This document shows positions 58,374-64,000 of a stretch of 64,000 nt of DNA, one piece after another. The stretch covers positions 33,932 through 97,931 of the forward strand of contig CACHBU010000001.1 in the NCBI GenBank assembly GCA_902578135.1. The letters are read 5' to 3'. The position numbers and the translations under genes were made by a program. Position 1 is the stretch's first letter. Each line of letters opens with the position of its first letter. This DNA comes from an uncultured Candidatus Actinomarina sp. GTDB taxonomy: Bacteria; Actinomycetota; Acidimicrobiia; Actinomarinales; Actinomarinaceae. The notes beneath the pieces were generated by a model. The model was not told the origin of the DNA, made no database searches, and was given only the letters and a program-made list of their open reading frames with translations.

Positions 58374-61100
58374 ATGTCAAAACCTTTAGTTATTGTCGAG
58401 TCGCCAACAAAAGTAAAAACTATTTCTAAGATTCTAGGTTCTGAATATATCGTTAAATCAAGTGTTGGCCACATAAGGGATCTTCCACGTAATGCTAAAG
58501 CTATACCTGCTAGCTATTCCAATAAGGAAATCTTGTGGGGTGCTGTTAAGCCTAAGAATTTTGAGAATATATATGTAATACCTGAAGACAGAAAAGCAAT
58601 TGTTAAAGAACTAAAAGACTTAGCAGATGAAGCATCGGATGTATATTTAGCGACTGATGATGATAGAGAAGGTGAAGCTATCGCATATCATTTGATGGAA
58701 TCACTTGAACTCAAAAGTGAACCTAAGAGAATCAAGTTCAATGAAATTACAGAATCAGCAGTAACAAACGCAATCAATAATCCTGAAACTATTGATATTG
58801 GCAAATTCAAATCTTATGAGGCTAGGAGAACTCTTGATCGAATGATTGGATATGAAATTTCACCAAAAGTTAGGGATCTTGGAGGAGCATTCATCTCTAC
58901 AGGAAGAGTCCAGGGTCCTGCTATCAGGTTAATTGTTGAGAGAGAAGAAGAAAGACTAAAATTTGTAAAATCAAAATACTTTGAAATCAAGGCATTATGT
59001 AAAAGTAATGATTATAAATTTACAGCAAATCTTAAAAGAGTTAGTGGAAAGAGGTTGGCTTCATCTTCGGATTTTAATGAAAAAGGAAATAAGACTAGTA
59101 AGGATAAAAAATACCTAGATGAAAATGAAGCTAACGAAATAGTTAGTATATTAAAAAATCAAACTGCATCAATCTCATCCATTAAAGAGTCTTCTCGGAG
59201 TGGTAAGCCTCCAAAGCCATTTAAAACAACAAGTTTACAATCTTCCGCTAGAAGTAATTTGGGTTTTCAGCCAAGAAAAACCATGAGTGTGGCCCAGCGG
59301 CTTTACCAAGAAGGTTTAATTACATATATGAGAACTGATTCAATTAGGTTATCAGATGTCGCAATTAAAGCCTCAAGAGCTTATATTAAGGAAAATTTTT
59401 CTGAAAAACACTTACCTGATTCTCCAAATCTATATGGTGACAGCAAAAATGCGCAAGCAGCTCATGAGGCAATTAGGCCTTCTGGTGAAATCTTTACTAC
59501 TCCTCAAGAATTACTTAAAACACATAAAGAGGACAGCGATGAATACAAGCTTTACAGTTTAATTTTTAACACAACAGTCGCATCTCAGATGACTGATGCT
59601 CAAGGAATTACGAAAACTATTGAAATAGAAGCGAAAGAAAATACTTACTCTCCTTTAATTTTGGGAATCTCAGGGACAACTTGGACATTTGGTGGATATA
59701 GGGATTTAATTAAAGATTTGTCAGAGAAGTCTCAAGAGCTTCCAGACTTGAGAGAAAATGATGAAATAAAAATTATTGAATCAGAGAGCGAAGAGAAATA
59801 TACAAATCCTCCAAATAGGTATTCGTCAACTTCACTTATCAATAAATTGGAGGAATTAGGTATAGGTAGGCCATCAACATATGTGTCAATTATTGAAAGC
59901 ATAACTTCTGTGTTTATAAACTCTGAATCTAGTCTAAAACCAAGAATTTTAGCTATAGCTTTAATCAATAATTTTATGAAACCTTATTTCAATCAATACA
60001 TTGATTATGAGTTCTCAAAATCTATGGAAGATGATCTTGATAAAATTTTGGAAAGCGATGATCCCGAGAGTTCAAAAATTAAATTTTTAGAAAAATCGTT
60101 TAATACAATTAATAATCATGTTGATAATTATGGCGTGCAAGACCCTCTTATACTTACTACTGTAAAGCTTCCCTTTGAATCAAGATACGTGGTTAAAACG
60201 GGAAGAATCCAAAATAAAATTCCCTATCCTTATTTATTAAGAGATGATGATTTTAAGGTTGGCCTACCACCAGAAATTGCACTTGAAGAAATAGAGGTTG
60301 AATACATAAAAGAACTTGAAGAACACCAAGAAGAAAATCTAAAAAAAGAGCGTATGGTTTCCAAGTGTAGTGAATGTTCTGCTTCCATATTGATAAAGCT
60401 AGGACCTAATGGAGGTTTTTATCTTCAGCTTGATGGAAAACAAAAGAGAGGGAAACAGGAAAAGTGTGGCTTTAAAAATCTTGAAAATTGTAATTCTAAA
60501 AATCTTATTGGACCAATATTTGAAGGTGAAGATCCTGATACTTTAACAGAAGAACAGTGTATAGAAAGATTCTCTCTATCTGCTAAAAACCCAAGGAAAA
60601 TTGTCGAGATTGATGAATGGACATACTCATCAGCTGTGGGGCCGTATGGCGGATATGCAATGAAACAAAGAAATAGGACTGTCTTTGAAAATGATATGCT
60701 TCAGAGTTTATCAAAAGATGAGTTGAGAAGTTTGCTTGATGAAGAGAAAAGTAAAGCTATTTCAAATTTTTTGGGTGGTGAAATTCTTAAAATTCCAAAA
60801 AGTGCTACAAAAAATAAAATAATTGAAATGATAAATAATCATTATTTATTAGATGAGAAGTATATTAAAAAATTACCTAAAGAACACTTGGTAGGTTTGG
60901 CCAAATCTCTTGAAATTGTCTTCTATAGAGGAAGATTTAGAATGAAGCCAGAGGATGCCACAAAAGACAATCTGATCAATAAAATATTAATAGACAAAAA
61001 AAACAAGCCTCTAGAAAATCCAAGAAAAGCTCTGACTGTTACGCCTTCAGAAGTTCTTGAATTGTTTGGAGATATTGAATCTAATCAAGAAGAGGAATGA
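58374..61100 (+). CDS. topA: DNA topoisomerase I (type IA)
   Basis: LVIVESPTK, SSVGHIRDL, ATDDDREGE, GRVQ, catalytic LITYMRTDS and GIGRPSTY motifs. Confidence 0.97.
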   Translation: MSKPLVIVESPTKVKTISKILGSEYIVKSSVGHIRDLPRNAKAIPASYSNKEILWGAVKPKNFENIYVIPEDRKAIVKELKDLADEASDVYLATDDDREGEAIAYHLMESLELKSEPKRIKFNEITESAVTNAINNPETIDIGKFKSYEARRTLDRMIGYEISPKVRDLGGAFISTGRVQGPAIRLIVEREEERLKFVKSKYFEIKALCKSNDYKFTANLKRVSGKRLASSSDFNEKGNKTSKDKKYLDENEANEIVSILKNQTASISSIKESSRSGKPPKPFKTTSLQSSARSNLGFQPRKTMSVAQRLYQEGLITYMRTDSIRLSDVAIKASRAYIKENFSEKHLPDSPNLYGDSKNAQAAHEAIRPSGEIFTTPQELLKTHKEDSDEYKLYSLIFNTTVASQMTDAQGITKTIEIEAKENTYSPLILGISGTTWTFGGYRDLIKDLSEKSQELPDLRENDEIKIIESESEEKYTNPPNRYSSTSLINKLEELGIGRPSTYVSIIESITSVFINSESSLKPRILAIALINNFMKPYFNQYIDYEFSKSMEDDLDKILESDDPESSKIKFLEKSFNTINNHVDNYGVQDPLILTTVKLPFESRYVVKTGRIQNKIPYPYLLRDDDFKVGLPPEIALEEIEVEYIKELEEHQEENLKKERMVSKCSECSASILIKLGPNGGFYLQLDGKQKRGKQEKCGFKNLENCNSKNLIGPIFEGEDPDTLTEEQCIERFSLSAKNPRKIVEIDEWTYSSAVGPYGGYAMKQRNRTVFENDMLQSLSKDELRSLLDEEKSKAISNFLGGEILKIPKSATKNKIIEMINNHYLLDEKYIKKLPKEHLVGLAKSLEIVFYRGRFRMKPEDATKDNLINKILIDKKNKPLENPRKALTVTPSEVLELFGDIESNQEEE

Positions 61101-62131
61101 GAGATAAATTTTTCAACAACACTTTTCCATGAAAAATTTTCTTCGACAAATAGCTTTGAATTACTTCCAAATTCTTTAATCATGTCCTTATTTTCGTAAA
61201 AATATTTAATAGCATCATATATTTCGTTTCTTGAACCAACAATAAAACCAGTTTTTCCAGGAATAATAGTTTCGAAAGCCCCACCAGAACTTCCAACAAG
61301 AACTGGTAATCCATAGCTTGCAGCTTCTAAATAAACTAGCCCGAGACCTTCATATTCTCTTCCAAAAAATCTGGAATTTGCAGGCATGACAAATATATCT
61401 AAGTCTTTGTAAAAACTATCCAATGCATTTTCATCATCATCTGAGTAAAAATTTACTTCTTGAGATGAAATATCGGACAATTTTTTTAGATACTTCTCTA
61501 GTTTTCCATAACCGAAAATGTTTAATGTAACATCATATCCATCCATTTGTAAATCATTTAAAGAATCTATAACCCAATCGATTTTTTTTCTGGATACAAA
61601 TCTACTACTTACTCCTACAATTAATTTTTCATTTTCATTAAATTCTTTTTGATATTCATTTTTTTCAACACCTGCACCTATAAGTACGATCTCAGTTGAA
61701 GTAATTTCTTGTAATTTTCTACCTGTAAAGTAGCTAACAGTAAATATTTTTTCTAAGGATTCAAGTGATCTTCTAAATATTTTTTTGACAATTGGAATTG
61801 AATCAATCACATTGAATTCCGCTCCATGAATGATCATATACTGCTTTAATCCAAAACTTTTTAATTTATCAACCAAATAGAACTGTGGATTGCTTGATGC
61901 GTGTAAAATTATTTCGACGTTGTGTTGGTTAATTATCTGATTAATTTCTCTTAAATGAGTTCTACTACCAAAGATAAACTTTGATTTAGAGTTAACAACA
62001 TTAGGTCCTTCTGCCCAATTTGGGGCATATATTATTTTTTTAAATTCAAGATGGTCTTCAAAAGATTTTATGTAAGTAGAAATTCCACCTTTTTTTGGAA
62101 AATAATCATTCGTTATAACTAATGTTTTCAT
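61085..62131 (-). CDS. GT4 glycosyltransferase, PimB'-like mannosyltransferase
   Basis: VITNDYFPKKGGISTY and EGLGLVYLEAASYGLPVLVGSSGGA.ET resemble mycobacterial PimB'. Confidence 0.85.
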   Translation of the reverse strand: MKTLVITNDYFPKKGGISTYIKSFEDHLEFKKIIYAPNWAEGPNVVNSKSKFIFGSRTHLREINQIINQHNVEIILHASSNPQFYLVDKLKSFGLKQYMIIHGAEFNVIDSIPIVKKIFRRSLESLEKIFTVSYFTGRKLQEITSTEIVLIGAGVEKNEYQKEFNENEKLIVGVSSRFVSRKKIDWVIDSLNDLQMDGYDVTLNIFGYGKLEKYLKKLSDISSQEVNFYSDDDENALDSFYKDLDIFVMPANSRFFGREYEGLGLVYLEAASYGLPVLVGSSGGAFETIIPGKTGFIVGSRNEIYDAIKYFYENKDMIKEFGSNSKLFVEENFSWKSVVEKFISHSSS

Positions 62132-63335
62132 ATCCTATTTTTCCTACATTATACGACCATAAAGAATATTTGTTGTCCTTGACCTCCAAACAAGATACTC
62201 CTAAATTATTGGGAATCGTAAATGATGAAGCAGCTTTTGGTTCTGGACAGTTTAAAAAAGTTGTAATCGCAGCTTTAATAGTTCCGCCATGACTGGCAAC
62301 TAATATTTTGGCTTTATCATAATCGTTTAGTAAATCTCTTACTCTAATGCCGGCTTCATTCATTGACTCTCCATCTATTCCGTACTTAACTCTAAAGTTA
62401 ATGAACAAGGACTGAATGAAATTTTCTCTATAATTTTCCATTATTTCTGATGTGCTTAAACCTTCCCACTGGCCTAAGTCCATTTCAGCTAAAAGTTCAG
62501 TTGCGGTTATATCTTTGTCATCCACTATTAATGAGATAGTTTCAAAAGCTCTTTTAAATGAAGAAGATAAATATAAATCATAATTTGAAAATTTACCTTT
62601 CAATTCTTTTGCAGTTTCAACGCCATATGTATTTAATGGATTGTCAACATGACCCTGCCATACGCCTTGAGTATTAGAATCGGTCTGACCGTGTCTAATA
62701 AATGTTAAAATTCTACTTTTATCTTTAGTTGGATAATCAATATATGAATTAGGTAGGTGAATAGCATCGTTGAATTTATTAACTTGCATTACAGAGTCTC
62801 TTTTTATAACTGTAGAAACGGATGTATTTTGAATATTGCCAATTGGATATGGATACTGATTAAACCCTAGAACTAACCCTATAGCTGTACCAATAAAGAA
62901 ACCATGTGTAACTACTATGCATTCAGAGTCTTCATCAATATTTTCAAAAATATAATCAACCTCTTGTTGGACTCTTTGTTTAAACTCCTGAACAGATTCT
63001 CCATTTGGAAAAACATACGTGTCATCTTGTAAAGCATCAAATATGTCTAAATTATCTGAATATGTTTCTTTTACAGACTTTCCTGTGAAGTCTCCAACAT
63101 TTATTTCTCTTAAATTTTCTCTTACCGTTGGCGAATCTGATAAGAAATAAGCAGTTTCTTTTGCTCTAGCCAGATCTGAAGTGAAAACAGTTTGATTTTT
63201 TAAATTTAACCTATCTGACAAAAGCTTGGCTTGAGCTTTTCCAATTTTACTTAATTTTGTATTTGTATGACCCTGCCAAATTCCATCTTTATTTTGCTCT
63301 GTTTCTCCATGGCGAACAAAATGAACTGTTTTCAA
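62106..63335 (-). CDS. Histidine phosphatase family protein with two tandem domains
   Basis: FVRHGETEQN...THG and FIRHGQTDSN...SHGG. Confidence 0.92.
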   Translation of the reverse strand: MKTVHFVRHGETEQNKDGIWQGHTNTKLSKIGKAQAKLLSDRLNLKNQTVFTSDLARAKETAYFLSDSPTVRENLREINVGDFTGKSVKETYSDNLDIFDALQDDTYVFPNGESVQEFKQRVQQEVDYIFENIDEDSECIVVTHGFFIGTAIGLVLGFNQYPYPIGNIQNTSVSTVIKRDSVMQVNKFNDAIHLPNSYIDYPTKDKSRILTFIRHGQTDSNTQGVWQGHVDNPLNTYGVETAKELKGKFSNYDLYLSSSFKRAFETISLIVDDKDITATELLAEMDLGQWEGLSTSEIMENYRENFIQSLFINFRVKYGIDGESMNEAGIRVRDLLNDYDKAKILVASHGGTIKAAITTFLNCPEPKAASSFTIPNNLGVSCLEVKDNKYSLWSYNVGKIGYENISYNE

Positions 63336-63342
63336 TTAAATT

Positions 63343-64000
63343 TTAAAACGCAGAAGCAAATATCAGACTTACTATAGTCATAACTTTGATAACAATATTC
63401 ATTGCCGGACCAGATGTGTCTTTAAATGGATCCCCTATAGTATCTCCAATTACTGCAGCTTTATGTTCTTCAGATCCTTTACCAGCGCCGCCACCAGCTT
63501 CAATATATTTTTTTGCATTGTCCCATGCACCACCTGAGTTAGCCATAAATATTGCAAGTAAGAACCCTGTTACTAAAGCACCAGCTAAAAAGCCGCCAAG
63601 AGCTTCTTTGTTCCAGAAACCAATAATTAAAGGCGAAACAATTGCAAGACCGCCTGGAAGAAGCATCTCTTTTAAAGCTGCTGAAGTTGCAATATCAACA
63701 CATTCTTCATATTCAGGAGTTACGCCTTCTTTTCCTTCACGCAATCCAGGAATTTCTCTAAATTGACGCCTGACTTCTTCAATCATTTTAAATGCAGCTC
63801 TCCCTACTGCATTAATTGTCATCGCAGCAAACAAGAAAGGAAACATTCCACCTAAAAACAATCCTGCTGTAACTTCTACTTGCGTAATATCTAGTTCAGT
63901 CAGGCCTGCGCTTTGCACAAATGCAGAGAATAAAGCTAATGCTGTTACAGCAGCAGAACCAATTGCAAATCCTTTTGCAATGGCAGCTGTTGTGTTTCCT
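63343..64000 (-). CDS. hppA: Membrane-bound ion-translocating pyrophosphatase (C-terminal part; 5' end outside the window)
   Basis: [30 protein letters not shown] and [21 protein letters not shown] motifs; frame open to the right edge. Confidence 0.96.
   Translation of the reverse strand, partial: GNTTAAIAKGFAIGSAAVTALALFSAFVQSAGLTELDITQVEVTAGLFLGGMFPFLFAAMTINAVGRAAFKMIEEVRRQFREIPGLREGKEGVTPEYEECVDIATSAALKEMLLPGGLAIVSPLIIGFWNKEALGGFLAGALVTGFLLAIFMANSGGAWDNAKKYIEAGGGAGKGSEEHKAAVIGDTIGDPFKDTSGPAMNIVIKVMTIVSLIFASAF

Noticed and set aside
160-63766. Many 60-170 aa ORFs in the track that lie antisense to, or nested in, clear genes (e.g. 160-342, 15631-15969, 42341-42853, 45132-45488, 63386-63766)
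   Set aside because: They are shadow frames of well-supported coding sequences, with no motifs or translation signals.
1-64000. CRISPR arrays, transposases, integrases, prophage, inteins, restriction or defence systems
   Set aside because: None recognised; the genes are of normal length and almost all intergenic gaps are too short to hold such elements.

Overview
A gene-dense, low-GC (roughly one third GC by eye) stretch of core chromosome. The gene content (carD-ispF-cysS-rlmB, disA, ClpC1-type clpC, rex with a Rex box, PimB'-like GT4, tilS-hpt-ftsH-fol cluster) points to a streamlined actinobacterium, most plausibly a Ca. Actinomarina-like marine Acidimicrobiia; this assignment is inference. 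The window holds: an ABC-2 exporter with a TetR regulator; the complete nuoA-N operon under a perfect Rex operator, with the rex gene and a geranylgeranyl-reductase-family gene nearby; branched-chain amino acid and BMP/nucleoside ABC importers; tRNA-Thr(UGU); clpC, lysS, coaX, panC, fol genes, ftsH, hpt, tilS; a P450; holB-tmk; topA; and the 3' half of a membrane pyrophosphatase. I saw no mobile element, CRISPR array or defence system. The best leads are: (1) a candidate unannotated small RNA of about 90 nt, with its own promoter and terminator, at 51364-51494; (2) a FolE that keeps its Zn and guanine-recognition residues but has lost triphosphate-binding arginines, in the same operon as a catalytically dead phosphatase-fold protein; (3) a 44-aa membrane ORF appended to nuoN and missed by the ORF track; (4) a TopA with an unusual C-terminal repeat pair; (5) widespread leaderless gene starts, including one abutting the tRNA CCA end.
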